A stretch of DNA of 64,000 nucleotides from an uncultured Mollicutes bacterium (GCA_900550145.1 URRF01000003.1:1973-65972), one strand, 5' to 3'; counted from the stretch's first letter, positions 37,300-48,219 are shown. The notes: generated by a model from the sequence alone, not told the origin. Made by a program: numbers and translations.

Positions 37300-38733
37300 A
37301 TGGAAAAACTTATTAAAATAATAAAGGAACAAACTGGAGATAGTAAAGATTTTATAATAAAAGAATACAATATTTCAAATAAAAAAATGTATATTGTGTT
37401 CATTGAAACTTTATGTGATACAAATTCAATTGATGAGTTTGCGTTAAGCTATTTTAGTTATATAAAGATACATAAAAAAGTAACGTTCAATTTATATAAA
37501 TATATAAAAGAATTTATACCTGCACATAATGTTAAATGTGTTAATAATGAAAAAGAATTGATAAATTATTTGTATTATGGATTTGCTGCAATATTAATAA
37601 ATAAATCTTATTATGTAGTTGAATTTAAGAGAAGCTTAGATAGTGGAATAAATAAATGTGAGAATGAAAAAACAATTAAGGGTCCGAAAGATGGTTTTAC
37701 TGAGAATTATCAAACAAATATTGGACTAATAAGAAAAAGAATAAGAAGTGACTCTTTGTGGTTAGATGAAGTAACAATTGGAGAAAAAAGTAATACTAAG
37801 ATTGGAATAATGTATGTTGATGGAATTGTTGATAAAAATAAGGTAAAAGAGATTAAGGAAAAAATAAGTAACATAAAAATAGATAGTATTGTTGCGAGTA
37901 ATTATGTATATGAGTATTTAAAAGAAAATGATTCTTTATTTCCAAGTGTACTATCAACGGAACGCCCTGATTTAGTATCTTATAAACTGCTTAGTGGCAA
38001 AATTGCTGTAATAGTTGAGAATTCTCCATTTGTATTGCTATTTCCTGCATTTTTTATGGAGTTTTTTCATACTATGGATGATTATTATCAAAATGCTAAA
38101 AACTCTACATATATGAGAATAATAAGATTTATTTCATTTGTAATATCTACTATGTTGCCTGGAATTTATATAGCACTTATTACATATAATCATGAAATAA
38201 TTCCACCTGAACTTTTGGTAAATTTTGCAATGCAAAAAGATGGCGTTCCCTTCCCTACAATTTTAGAAGCTGTATTTATGAATATAACGTTTGAAATAAT
38301 AAGAGAAACAGATACAAGAACACCTTCTGCTCTTGGTAGTGCTCTTTCGATAGTTGGAGCTTTAGTTCTTGGCGATGCAGCAGTACAAGCTGGTTTGGTA
38401 AGTCCAATTATGGTAATAGTCATTGCTATAACTGCAATTAGCGAACTTATATTCATCAGTAATGATGTTGCAAATCCTATAAAGATATGGCGACTTGTAT
38501 TTATATTTTTTGCTAGTATATCTGGAATGATTGGTGTATTTATTTCAGTAATATTATTAATTGCTGAATTGTCTAGTATTAAATCAATTGGTTATCCTTA
38601 TTTATATCCACTTTCACCTTTTGATAAAGATGATCAGGGAAATGATATTGTGTTAAATTCAAAATATAAAATGCAGTATAGAAACAAGTTAACTGCTTCT
38701 AAAAATATAATAAGGGGGCATTATGAAAAATAA
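37300..38733 (+). CDS. Spore germination receptor, GerA-family A subunit
   Basis: 477 aa with a soluble N-terminal half and 4-5 C-terminal TM segments. First gene of an A-C-B operon. Confidence 0.8.
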   Translation: MEKLIKIIKEQTGDSKDFIIKEYNISNKKMYIVFIETLCDTNSIDEFALSYFSYIKIHKKVTFNLYKYIKEFIPAHNVKCVNNEKELINYLYYGFAAILINKSYYVVEFKRSLDSGINKCENEKTIKGPKDGFTENYQTNIGLIRKRIRSDSLWLDEVTIGEKSNTKIGIMYVDGIVDKNKVKEIKEKISNIKIDSIVASNYVYEYLKENDSLFPSVLSTERPDLVSYKLLSGKIAVIVENSPFVLLFPAFFMEFFHTMDDYYQNAKNSTYMRIIRFISFVISTMLPGIYIALITYNHEIIPPELLVNFAMQKDGVPFPTILEAVFMNITFEIIRETDTRTPSALGSALSIVGALVLGDAAVQAGLVSPIMVIVIAITAISELIFISNDVANPIKIWRLVFIFFASISGMIGVFISVILLIAELSSIKSIGYPYLYPLSPFDKDDQGNDIVLNSKYKMQYRNKLTASKNIIRGHYEK

Positions 38734-39880
38734 AAAAATATTTATTCTAATATTAGTAATTTTATTATTAACTGGTTGTAGTGATTATAGAGAATTAACA
38801 GATATGGCAATAATTTCAAATTTGGGAATAGATAAAGTTGACGAAGAATTTCATATAACTGTTCAAATATTAAATTCTAAATCAAATTCGAATGATGATT
38901 CGAAGAAAAATAGTTCTGAAGTAATATTGTATAATTCAAAGGGAAAAACTATACATGAAGCACTTAGAAATACTACTTTGGAATCTCCAAAAAAATTATA
39001 TGTAGGACATTTAGAATCAATTATAATTAGTGAAAGAATTGCAAAAAGCAATATTTCTGAATTATTTGATTTTATATTAAGAGATCCTGAAATAACAAAA
39101 GATGCTAATATACTTATGATAAAAGATGCAAGTATAAATGAGGTTATGAGTATAATTACTCCACTTGAATCAATACCAGCGGAAAGTATAAAATCTAGTA
39201 TAGAAGTCGCATCAAAAATACAGGGTTCTGTAAACAATATCCCATTTGATGAGTTTGCTGCTACTATTATTGAAACAGGAATAGATCCTGTTATACCTTT
39301 AATTACAATAAAAGAAAATAAAAGTGATAACAAAAAAGTTAATCCTGAAAAAAGAATAGTAATGTCTAAAGAATTAGCAATGTTTAGTAGAGAAAAATTT
39401 GTGGGTTATTTAAACCGTGATGCTGCATTTGGATATAATATTGCATTAAACAATGTTAATGAAAATGTCATATCATTCAAATGCGATAAAAATAATTATG
39501 CTAGTATAGAACTTGTAAATAATAATTCAAAACTTAGTTATGATGTAAGTAAAAATACTTTATCTATTAAATCTACAATAGTTGGTTCTTTGTCTGAATT
39601 AAATTGTAATTATAATATAAAAAAAGAAAGTGATGTAAAAAAATTGGAGAAGAAATTGGAAAAGCGTATAGAAGATATGCTTAATGAAACTATTGAGTAT
39701 GCAAAAAAATATTATAAATCTGATTTTTTGGGTATAGAAAGGTATGTGCTTAAGAATGATTATAAGCATTATAAGGGAAAAAATTATAATGATTTAAGGA
39801 AAAATATAAATAGTAATATAGAAGTAAAAGTTAAATTTATTCAAAAGGGTTCAATAAAAAAAGGAGATGAAAAGTATTGA
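38723..39880 (+). CDS. Spore germination receptor, Ger(x)C lipoprotein subunit
   Basis: Lipobox LLLTGC|S, 385 aa; its start overlaps the end of the A-subunit gene. Confidence 0.8.
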   Translation: MKNKKIFILILVILLLTGCSDYRELTDMAIISNLGIDKVDEEFHITVQILNSKSNSNDDSKKNSSEVILYNSKGKTIHEALRNTTLESPKKLYVGHLESIIISERIAKSNISELFDFILRDPEITKDANILMIKDASINEVMSIITPLESIPAESIKSSIEVASKIQGSVNNIPFDEFAATIIETGIDPVIPLITIKENKSDNKKVNPEKRIVMSKELAMFSREKFVGYLNRDAAFGYNIALNNVNENVISFKCDKNNYASIELVNNNSKLSYDVSKNTLSIKSTIVGSLSELNCNYNIKKESDVKKLEKKLEKRIEDMLNETIEYAKKYYKSDFLGIERYVLKNDYKHYKGKNYNDLRKNINSNIEVKVKFIQKGSIKKGDEKY

Positions 39881-40971
39881 TAGAGAAATATAGTAATAAT
39901 AAAGTAGATGCTTACCAATATTTTGCATTAGTTGTATTTTTATCCAGAAGTATGTTTACTGGCATGGGTGCTCAAAATATGATAGAAATGAGTAGGAATG
40001 ATACTTGGGTTTCATTATTGATTGGTTTTTGTATAGGAATGCCTTTAGTATTGTTAATTTGTTATATTAATAGTAAGGAAATAAATATGTTTGAGTTAAT
40101 TAATAAATATTTTTCAAAAGTCATTTCGAAGATAATAAACTTTATTATAGTTTTGGTACTAATTTTTGTGTTAGTAATTATACTAAATGATTTTATAAAT
40201 TTTTCTAAAATAAAATATTTATTTGAAACACCAAATATATTTATAACTATATTATTTATTTTTCCTATATTATTTATAATTAAAAAGGGTCCTGAAGTAA
40301 TAGGTAGAACTGCTTTATTTCTTTTCTTTTTAACTAGTGTTATTATTTTTTTAAATAGTGTTGGTTTAATAAAATATGTTAATTTTGATAATTTAAAACC
40401 ATTGTTTTCTACTAATATATTTTCGTTATTTAAAAGTTCTCTTTATTATATTGCGTATGCAATTACTCCAGTAATATTTTTAAGTATAATACCAAAGGAA
40501 AAAAATCATGCAAAAAAATATAATAAGGCATTAATCATCGGCTATATATTTTCGTTTGTTGCAACATTTATTGCTATATTTTATGTAACAACTTTGTTTA
40601 ATGTAGAGTATGTAACCTTATTTAATTATCCAGCTTATTTTGCATTAAAAAAAATAAAGTATGGTTTTATATCTAATGCAGAAAATATATTATCATTTTA
40701 TTTTATAGTAGATTATTTTTTTACCATATTAGTTTTCTTATATTCAATATTTTATTATTTAAGTACTGAATTAAAGTTAAGAGAAAAATCATTAAGAATT
40801 ACTTCTATATTAATAACAACAATTATTGTATTAATTTCTAATTATGCTTATAAGAGTACTACAATAGCACAAATTGTTTCAAAGACACCATATATAATAG
40901 TAAGTTTATTATTTATATGTTCTTATTTATTATTGGTTACATTAAAAATAAAGTTTTGCAAAAAACATTAG
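39877..40971 (+). CDS. Spore germination receptor, GerAB-type permease-like subunit
   Basis: 364 aa, about 10 TM segments; its start overlaps the end of the C-subunit gene. Confidence 0.8.
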   Translation: MIEKYSNNKVDAYQYFALVVFLSRSMFTGMGAQNMIEMSRNDTWVSLLIGFCIGMPLVLLICYINSKEINMFELINKYFSKVISKIINFIIVLVLIFVLVIILNDFINFSKIKYLFETPNIFITILFIFPILFIIKKGPEVIGRTALFLFFLTSVIIFLNSVGLIKYVNFDNLKPLFSTNIFSLFKSSLYYIAYAITPVIFLSIIPKEKNHAKKYNKALIIGYIFSFVATFIAIFYVTTLFNVEYVTLFNYPAYFALKKIKYGFISNAENILSFYFIVDYFFTILVFLYSIFYYLSTELKLREKSLRITSILITTIIVLISNYAYKSTTIAQIVSKTPYIIVSLLFICSYLLLVTLKIKFCKKH

Positions 40972-41795
40972 TGCAAAGCTTTATTTCTTTTGGAATGAAA
41001 CATATATTGTATTGCAAGTCCACTATATTCTCCATATTTATTTGTTGCATATTCTTTAATTTTGTTAATATCAGCAAATCCATAATTATCCATCATATAT
41101 TTTTTAACCCATGTATCTATTGGAAAAACATCTAATCTTTTGTAACCAAATAATAGTATACATGATGCGATTTTTAAACCAATTCCATTAAAACTTGTCA
41201 AATATTTTATTGCTGCTATAGTATCTAGTTCATTTATTTTGTTTATATCTTCTTCATTAATATTCTTTACAAATTCATATATGTATTTGCTTCTAAAGCC
41301 GAGTTTTAAATTAATATAATCTTCTAAATTTAATTTTTTCATATCATCTAAACTGGGAAATAAATAATATTTTTTGTCATTAAAAATTATTTCTTTTCCA
41401 TATTTTTCTGATAAATTGTTAACTGCTTTAGTAATGTTTCTAACATTGTTATTAGCACTAATCATATAGGATATTATCATTTCAAATGAAGGAGAATTTA
41501 TTATTTTAAAACCTTTACAAGATTCGATAATAGTCTTTAAGCTATTGTCATTGTTTATTAAATATTGGTTAATTTTTTCATAATCTCTATTTAAATCAAG
41601 AAAATTAATCAATATATTTTCTAAATTTGTTTCATTATTTGATGTTGCATAAATATATTCATTATCTTCATATAATTCAACTACTCTATCGCTTAAAATA
41701 AGCGTATATTTGTCATTAGTAACAAAATATCTAAATATTTGCCCACATGTAATGGCATCATTTAAATTTATATCGTTTTTACATATCTTTTTCAT
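40968..41795 (-). CDS. 8-oxoguanine DNA glycosylase / AP lyase (HhH-GPD, Ogg type)
   Basis: HhH motif FNGIGLKIASCILLFG with a Lys, followed by VFPIDTWV (catalytic Asp). Confidence 0.7.
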   Translation of the reverse strand: MKKICKNDINLNDAITCGQIFRYFVTNDKYTLILSDRVVELYEDNEYIYATSNNETNLENILINFLDLNRDYEKINQYLINNDNSLKTIIESCKGFKIINSPSFEMIISYMISANNNVRNITKAVNNLSEKYGKEIIFNDKKYYLFPSLDDMKKLNLEDYINLKLGFRSKYIYEFVKNINEEDINKINELDTIAAIKYLTSFNGIGLKIASCILLFGYKRLDVFPIDTWVKKYMMDNYGFADINKIKEYATNKYGEYSGLAIQYMFHSKRNKALH

Positions 41796-42495
41796 CTATA
41801 AATACTCCATATTTTAAAAATTTTTCTATTGCAATACATGCTTCTAGTTTTTTTTCGCTTTTAAATATATCATGTGTAACACCATCTAAATACATGATAT
41901 GTTTTGTTGTTGAAGATAAATTGTCATATACAAAAGTGGCACTTTTAGCAGGAACTATAATATCTTTTGTTCCTTCAATTATAAGTGTTGGACAGTAAAT
42001 TTTTGATGGAATATCACGAGATATTTTTACTAAATCCATGAATTCTTTAATGACTGATTTAGGAAATTGAATTAATCTTGATATTATTTCTTCTTTTTGA
42101 TAATCTTTAAATATTTTTGGGCTGTTTTTAAGAACAGTTAAAAATTTGAAATCTTCTTCTTCGAATGTTAAATATTTAAAAGCAGGAGCTGCTAATACTA
42201 TTTTTTTTACTTCTTTATAATTTGCAGCTAAATAAGATGCGAGTATTCCTCCCATACTGTGACCTATTACATATATTTGTTTATATTTATTATTAATAAG
42301 CATTTCAAGATGTATTCTAGCAGATTCTATCCAATCTTCTTTTGTTATTTTATTGAATAACATTCTATCGTGTCCTGGTAAGGTAAAGGTATATACATCA
42401 AACCCTTTTAGTTCTAAGTAATTTGCTAAGTATTCTTCGTCATAAGTTCCACCAGCAAATCCATGAATAATTAAAACAGCTTTTTTCAATAACAT
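41779..42495 (-). CDS. Alpha/beta-hydrolase (carboxylesterase-like)
   Basis: HGFAGG oxyanion region and GHSMGG nucleophile elbow. Start at MLLKKAVL behind SD AGGTGA. Confidence 0.8.
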   Translation of the reverse strand: MLLKKAVLIIHGFAGGTYDEEYLANYLELKGFDVYTFTLPGHDRMLFNKITKEDWIESARIHLEMLINNKYKQIYVIGHSMGGILASYLAANYKEVKKIVLAAPAFKYLTFEEEDFKFLTVLKNSPKIFKDYQKEEIISRLIQFPKSVIKEFMDLVKISRDIPSKIYCPTLIIEGTKDIIVPAKSATFVYDNLSSTTKHIMYLDGVTHDIFKSEKKLEACIAIEKFLKYGVFIDEKDM

Positions 42496-42503
42496 AATAT
42501 CAC

Positions 42504-42914
42504 CTATTGTCTCTTTCCACAACTTTTACAATATTTTGAATCGGTATCTATCTTTTTTTCACAAAATTTGCAATAACAACTATTTTTTAATTCGCCTTTA
42601 ATATCTTTTATAGTATTTTTTATTGAGTCTTTTTTCGTTTCATAATAAATATTGTTAATTTCTTTTATTTTGTTTTTATTTTGCATTAATATATCATGTT
42701 CTGAATCAATTGATATATTTCCCATATTTTCTTTTATGTTTTTAACATCATTTTTTGAATAATTCATCATGTGTTTAAATGCACTTATTTCTCTACTCAT
42801 TATTTTGCCTTTTAACTTAGGACTAAAAAACATTGCAAACACAAATATAAATGTACTTCCTATAAATACTGTTGCAACTATAAAAATTATTTTTCCGAAT
42901 GTAAATCCATCCAT
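42504..42914 (-). CDS. Membrane-anchored zinc-ribbon protein
   Basis: N-terminal TM segment and C-terminal CKFCEKKIDTDSKYCKSCG (CxxC-N9-CxxC). Confidence 0.6.
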   Translation of the reverse strand: MDGFTFGKIIFIVATVFIGSTFIFVFAMFFSPKLKGKIMSREISAFKHMMNYSKNDVKNIKENMGNISIDSEHDILMQNKNKIKEINNIYYETKKDSIKNTIKDIKGELKNSCYCKFCEKKIDTDSKYCKSCGKRQ

Positions 42915-43004
42915 AACATCACCACTTAAAATATAACATATATTAAAAAAACTTACAATTATTTTGAAAGTAGAGTAATATTATTTACACATTGTTTTAT
43001 GCTT

Positions 43005-44270
43005 TTAATATATGGATACATTTGTATAATAGTGATTTAATATATCTATATAATTATACCCTTCGTTTGCCATACCATTTGCACCATATTGACTCATTCC
43101 TACTCCATGTCCAAAACCTCTGGTTATGAAAACAACAGAATTATCGTTAACCATTATATCAAAATCAGTTGAACGAAGCTTGAGTAAAGATCTGAAGGCA
43201 GTACCTTTATATATTTTATCACCTACTTTTATTTCTTTAACATGGTTTGTATCATCTCGAGATACTATTTGTATTTTATTAATATCATCTATTCCAAAAA
43301 GAGATAGAACATAAGCAATGTCCTTATTAGTGTTTTTTAAATATGATGATGCGTTTAAATCCCATTTGCTTTCTACACCTTTTAAATATGGAATTGCATT
43401 ACTCCAAACGTTTTCGGAATTTAATGTATAGCCATTACTAGTTGAATGATAAAGTGCATCTATGTAATCTCCATTATAATAAATTGCTATTTTGTCTGTA
43501 TCTAATACTGCTTTTTTGATTTTACTGTAATATTTATCAAAATCATTTTTCCACATATTTTTCAATTCGTTATTGTCTTTATATACTTGTTGCATAGTGG
43601 AATCTATTATTATATTATTATTCTTTATTCGTTTAAGTAAATAAGTTCTTGATACTACTGCTTGTGCCTTTAATGCTTCTATATTAAAAGATGCTGGCAT
43701 TTCTCCTGCTACTGCACCAATTAAATATTCATTTATTGTTAAATTTAATATTTCACCATTTGATCTATAAAGAGTTATTGCGTTTTCAATTGTTTCTTTT
43801 ACTTGTTTTTCTTCTGTTTTGTCATTTTCTTCTTCATTGACTTTGTTATCAATATCAGAAATTATATTTTGTTTAAAATTAATTTTATCATTTGTATCTT
43901 CATCTTTTTTAGAATTTGTTGTATCTTGTTTATTATTAATTTCTTCTTTTACATTATCTTCTAAATCTTTATTTTCAATGGAAATACTAGTTTCCTCTTT
44001 CACTATGTTTTTGTTACTGATTTCATTATTATTTATTATTGGACTAAAAGATGCGTTAATAAATAAAGTACCTAATACAAGTGTACCCACCATAATAATT
44101 ACTTTGCTTCCATTAAATTTAATTTTTTTTATTTTTTCTTTTAAATTATTGTCATTTTCAAAATTCGTAAAATCTTTACTAAATTCATATTTGTAATTTA
44201 AATATATTATAAGAATTTCTTCATTTCCATCTTTTACTATTTCGTATCTTTCTATCAAAAAAATCACCAT
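43005..44270 (-). CDS. SpoIID/LytB-domain lytic transglycosylase-like sporulation protein
   Basis: AQAVVSRTY, YHSTSNGYT and GHGVGMSQYGA motifs, with a long low-complexity N-terminal linker after a TM segment. Confidence 0.8.
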   Translation of the reverse strand: MVIFLIERYEIVKDGNEEILIIYLNYKYEFSKDFTNFENDNNLKEKIKKIKFNGSKVIIMVGTLVLGTLFINASFSPIINNNEISNKNIVKEETSISIENKDLEDNVKEEINNKQDTTNSKKDEDTNDKINFKQNIISDIDNKVNEEENDKTEEKQVKETIENAITLYRSNGEILNLTINEYLIGAVAGEMPASFNIEALKAQAVVSRTYLLKRIKNNNIIIDSTMQQVYKDNNELKNMWKNDFDKYYSKIKKAVLDTDKIAIYYNGDYIDALYHSTSNGYTLNSENVWSNAIPYLKGVESKWDLNASSYLKNTNKDIAYVLSLFGIDDINKIQIVSRDDTNHVKEIKVGDKIYKGTAFRSLLKLRSTDFDIMVNDNSVVFITRGFGHGVGMSQYGANGMANEGYNYIDILNHYYTNVSIY

Positions 44271-44300
44271 ATATATTATGGCAATTTTTTATATTTTTAT

Positions 44301-45224
44301 TTAATTATTAAATCTATCAAATGTAATTCCTTTAATTTTTTCTTCTTTTATATCCTTTAAAATAATAGAGTAAACCTTATCATAGTCAATTTGGTTTCCT
44401 TTTGTTATACATCCTCTGTTTTTACCTATTTCATCAAGTGTAAGAACAATGTCATTGTAATTAACCTTGTTTATTTTATATCTTTCAATAAGTTTATCTT
44501 TGTAATATGTATCTAATTTTTTTAATATGTGTATAGAAATATCACTTAAATTCAATATTTCTTCTTTTATAGCACTCATTGCACATAAATTGAGTGCTAT
44601 TTCTTCATTATCTAATTTTGGCCATAAAATTCCTGGACTATCTAATAATTCTAAGTCATTATTTATTCTTATCCAATTTAGGTTTTTAGTTATACCAGGC
44701 ATATTCCCAGTTTTAGCCGCTTTTTTACCAACCAATCTATTTATTAATGTGGATTTACCTACATTAGGTATTCCAATAATAAGTGCACGATGGCTTCTCT
44801 TTTTAAGCCCCTTTTCTTTTCTTTTATCATCTAATGGTTTAAGTATTTCTTTTGTCTTTATAATTATTTTATCAATATTTTTATTATTAACTAAGTCAAC
44901 GGGTATAACATTATAACCTTTATTTTCATAATCTTTAATAAATTTATTTGTTTCTTCTAAATCACATAAATCGTATTTAGTCATAATTAAAATTTTGGGT
45001 TTATTCCCAATTGATTCATCAATATCCTTTATTTTTGATGAATATGGTATTCTTGAATCTATTACTTCGTAAATAATATCAATTAAATTTATATTTTCTT
45101 TAATTAATCTTTTTGTTTTTGCCATATGACCTGGATACCAGTTGATACTCGTTGATGGTAAACTTTTTGTATCTTCGTACATTTTTTTATTTTTTCTCAT
45201 TTCTCTTTTTGAATGCATATCCAT
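44301..45224 (-). CDS. rbgA: Ribosome biogenesis GTPase A (YlqF)
   Basis: INWYPGHMAK, circularly permuted GTPase motifs (TKYD, then GIPNVGKST). The first about 29 codons are the repeated att segment. Confidence 0.9.
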   Translation of the reverse strand: MDMHSKREMRKNKKMYEDTKSLPSTSINWYPGHMAKTKRLIKENINLIDIIYEVIDSRIPYSSKIKDIDESIGNKPKILIMTKYDLCDLEETNKFIKDYENKGYNVIPVDLVNNKNIDKIIIKTKEILKPLDDKRKEKGLKKRSHRALIIGIPNVGKSTLINRLVGKKAAKTGNMPGITKNLNWIRINNDLELLDSPGILWPKLDNEEIALNLCAMSAIKEEILNLSDISIHILKKLDTYYKDKLIERYKINKVNYNDIVLTLDEIGKNRGCITKGNQIDYDKVYSIILKDIKEEKIKGITFDRFNN

Positions 45225-45238
45225 TATTTATCACTTCC
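45136..45238 (-). repeat. att copy 1 (functional rbgA RBS plus codons 1-29)
   Basis: GGAAGTGATAAATAATGGATATG...AGTATCAACTGGTA encodes MDMHSKREMRKNKKMYEDTKSLPSTSINW, continuing YPGHMAK. Confidence 0.85.
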
Positions 45239-46246
45239 ATTCTCTATCATTCTTGTTTCATTTAAAAAATTATCAAAGTCTGATTTATATAATTTATCTT
45301 GTTTAACTTTAAATTTATCATACTCTTTATAAGCTAATTCTTTTGCTACACTTGCCGATATTTTCCCTGCACTGTGTAATATTTCTTTATCATTAAATTG
45401 CAAAAATGCATTCAATTTTTCTACCCAATCTTTCATAGTCATAGCATTATGATTTTCTGCTTGCAATTCTGCATAATCTAAATACATTGTTACTATTCTA
45501 TTCAAATCTTTTAATTCCTTTTCATTTAAATAGTTTTTTGCAATGTCCACGTCATATTTATAGATCGGTCCATCAGGAGAATTTTTCCAATTGGTTAGTC
45601 CCATATTTTCTTTTTCTGAATCAACTCTGTTATATATTATTTCAGCTGCAGTATTACCAGTTATTGCATAATGTAATTTATTTTGAACTGTTTTAAAAAA
45701 TTCTTTTGTTATTTCTGAATCTTTATCATAATCAACACTACAAGAAGAATATATATCTGTTATTTTTTGGTAAAATCTTCTCTCGCTTGAACGAATGTTT
45801 CTAATTCTTTCAAGTGTTTCTTCAAAATAATCCTCGCCAAATATGTAATTAGGATTTTTTAATCTTTCATCATCCATAACTACACCTTTTATCATATATT
45901 CTTTTAATATTTTAGTAGCCCAAATTCTAAAGTTGGTTGCTTTTTTTGAATTTACTCTATATCCAACTGCAATAATCATATCAAGGTTATATATCTTTAC
46001 AGGTTTTTTAGAATTATCAACGTCGGTTTTTCCGACGGTATTATTTTCATCAAGTTCACCACTATTTAATATATTATTAATATGTTCTGTTATTGTGCTT
46101 CTTCCTACACCAAACAATTCTGCAATTAAATTTTGAGTAAGCCATATGTCATTTTTTATTAACATTACACTAACCTTAATATCATTGTTTGAATCTCTAT
46201 ATATTAAAAAGTCATGATTAGTTATTTGTAAGTTTTTATTGTCCAT
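45224..46246 (-). CDS. rhuM: RhuM-family protein (copy 1)
   Basis: Signature IIAVGYRVNSKKATNFRIWATKILKEYMIKG with an N-terminal HTH-like LFGVGRSTITEHI. Its stop overlaps the rbgA ATG (TAATG). Confidence 0.75.
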   Translation of the reverse strand: MDNKNLQITNHDFLIYRDSNNDIKVSVMLIKNDIWLTQNLIAELFGVGRSTITEHINNILNSGELDENNTVGKTDVDNSKKPVKIYNLDMIIAVGYRVNSKKATNFRIWATKILKEYMIKGVVMDDERLKNPNYIFGEDYFEETLERIRNIRSSERRFYQKITDIYSSCSVDYDKDSEITKEFFKTVQNKLHYAITGNTAAEIIYNRVDSEKENMGLTNWKNSPDGPIYKYDVDIAKNYLNEKELKDLNRIVTMYLDYAELQAENHNAMTMKDWVEKLNAFLQFNDKEILHSAGKISASVAKELAYKEYDKFKVKQDKLYKSDFDNFLNETRMIENGSDK

Positions 46247-46273
46247 TTTTTATTCTCCTTTCTTTTAAATTTT

Positions 46274-47467
46274 TTATTTAATATCAATTTTAACATTTTT
46301 ATTCTTATCAATATAAATACATTTTACTTTATTTTCTAATTCTAATCTAGTAATATTAGATAAATTTAATTTTTCATTTATAATTTCAATTAGCTTATTT
46401 TCACTAATAGATTCATTATTTTCACAAGTTTTATTTCTATAGTAGTTAGAGCAATAGTAATAAACTCTTTCTTTTGAAGTTCGTTTTATCATATTACCGC
46501 CACAACATTTGCACTTTAAAAAGCCAGATAAAATACCTATACTTCCATCTTTATTTACTTTAGCTTGTCTATTTAAAATATCTTGCACTTTATCAAATTT
46601 TTCTTTACTTATAATTGCTTCGTGATGATTAGGAGTTATAATCCAATTTTCCTTTTCTAATTGAATTTGTTTGTTAACTCTATAATTTAATTTTCTTCTC
46701 TTGCCCTGGAGTAATGTTCCTGTATAATTTTCGTTTTTCAATATTGTATTTACCATTTCAGGATTCCATTTTTTCATAACTGATACATCTTTATTCTTAT
46801 CAATATTTAAATACTCGCTTGGAGTTAATATATCATTATCATTTAAAAAGTCAGTAACTTGTCTTCTACTTTTGCCATCAAGTATCATATCAAATATTTT
46901 TCTAATTATATGTGATACATTTTTATCAATTAAAAATTTATGCTTATCTTTTGGATTTTTTATATATCCATAAGGAGCTAATTTTCCAACAAATTCACCA
47001 TTTTGTTTCTTCACAATTAGAGAACTTCTTACTTTTTTTGATATGTCTTTTGCGTACATATCATTAAATAAATTCTTCAATGCTAAATAATCATCACTAT
47101 AATAATCCGATGAATCAATTTCATAATTTTCATCTACCGAAATTACAGATACTCCCATAGCAGGAAATACTACTTCTACAAAATTACCAGTTTCAATATA
47201 ATTTCTACCAAGTCTTGATAAATCTTTTATAAGTATTACATCTATTTTCTTATTTTTTATATCTTCTAACATTCTTTGAAATTCTGGTCTATCAAAATTA
47301 GTACCCGAATAACCATCATCTATATAATAATCAATTAATTTATATTCTCTATGTTCTTTTAAATAATTATCTATAATTAATTTTTGATTAGTTATGCTAT
47401 TTGATTCTTTTTCATTACTATATTCTTCTTTTGATAAACGAAGATACGCTGCTACCTTATATGTCAT
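46274..47467 (-). CDS. Large serine recombinase
   Basis: N-terminal resolvase domain (AAYLRLSKEE, DDGYSGTNFDRPEF, DLSRLGRN) and a C-terminal Cys-rich zinc ribbon (CKCCGG...YYYCSNY). Confidence 0.9.
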   Translation of the reverse strand: MTYKVAAYLRLSKEEYSNEKESNSITNQKLIIDNYLKEHREYKLIDYYIDDGYSGTNFDRPEFQRMLEDIKNKKIDVILIKDLSRLGRNYIETGNFVEVVFPAMGVSVISVDENYEIDSSDYYSDDYLALKNLFNDMYAKDISKKVRSSLIVKKQNGEFVGKLAPYGYIKNPKDKHKFLIDKNVSHIIRKIFDMILDGKSRRQVTDFLNDNDILTPSEYLNIDKNKDVSVMKKWNPEMVNTILKNENYTGTLLQGKRRKLNYRVNKQIQLEKENWIITPNHHEAIISKEKFDKVQDILNRQAKVNKDGSIGILSGFLKCKCCGGNMIKRTSKERVYYYCSNYYRNKTCENNESISENKLIEIINEKLNLSNITRLELENKVKCIYIDKNKNVKIDIK

Positions 47468-47484
47468 CTTAATATTACAACTTT

Positions 47485-48219
47485 CTATAAAATTTCACAA
47501 AGAAGATTTTGTTCTTCTTTTTTTATTTCATTTTCAATTATCCATTTTATATCTTCTATTGATTTATCAATATTAAATATGCCATTACCTACTGGATAAT
47601 AAACAGGATAAACTTTATATTTGTTTTTATTAATTTCTATTTTGTGGCATTTTTTTCTATTTTCAGATACAGATATCTTTTTGTTTAAAATAATAGAACT
47701 AACTTGGTTTCCAAAAGTAATAATTATTTTTGGTTTAATTATGTTTATTTCTTTGAATAATAAATCAAGATATTTTTTCAACACTTCATCAGGCAACGGT
47801 TTTGCATCTATTTGTGTACATTTACCTAAATTAGTAATGAACAATTTATTTTTTTCAATTTCTTCGTAAACATAGTTGCAAAACTCATAATCCCATTCTT
47901 TTGGTTTCTTTTCTTGAATTTTGTTAAATGTTTCTTCACTTAATAAATCAACTTTATAGAACAACTTCCATATGTTTTTAGTTCCTAACCATGGCGACTT
48001 TCTACCTTTCCAAGATTTATCACTAGCAATATTTTTTCCTGTAGGATTCATAAAAACAAAACATATATCAGGATTTTTTTCACATCCACCATTATATATA
48101 GAATCTAATTCCTTAGCACCATATTTAACTTGTAATTCATCATAATCTTTTCTTAAATCTTCTATCTTCAAAATATTCACCTTCTTATAAAAAAGTTTCT
48201 TTAAGTAGTTCTTACCCAA
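47485..48219 (-). CDS. Uracil-DNA glycosylase superfamily protein with non-canonical motifs
   Basis: Family-4-like layout (FVFMNPTGK..., LFITNLGKC, IIKPKIIITFGN), but GEAPG is replaced by MNPTG and HPS by YYPVG. Confidence 0.5.
   Translation of the reverse strand: MGKNYLKKLFYKKVNILKIEDLRKDYDELQVKYGAKELDSIYNGGCEKNPDICFVFMNPTGKNIASDKSWKGRKSPWLGTKNIWKLFYKVDLLSEETFNKIQEKKPKEWDYEFCNYVYEEIEKNKLFITNLGKCTQIDAKPLPDEVLKKYLDLLFKEINIIKPKIIITFGNQVSSIILNKKISVSENRKKCHKIEINKNKYKVYPVYYPVGNGIFNIDKSIEDIKWIIENEIKKEEQNLLCEIL

Noticed and set aside
40917-41135. 72-aa + strand ORF overlapping the end of the GerAB-type gene and the ogg-like gene.
   Set aside because: It overlaps two supported genes, has no SD, and gives a low-complexity translation.
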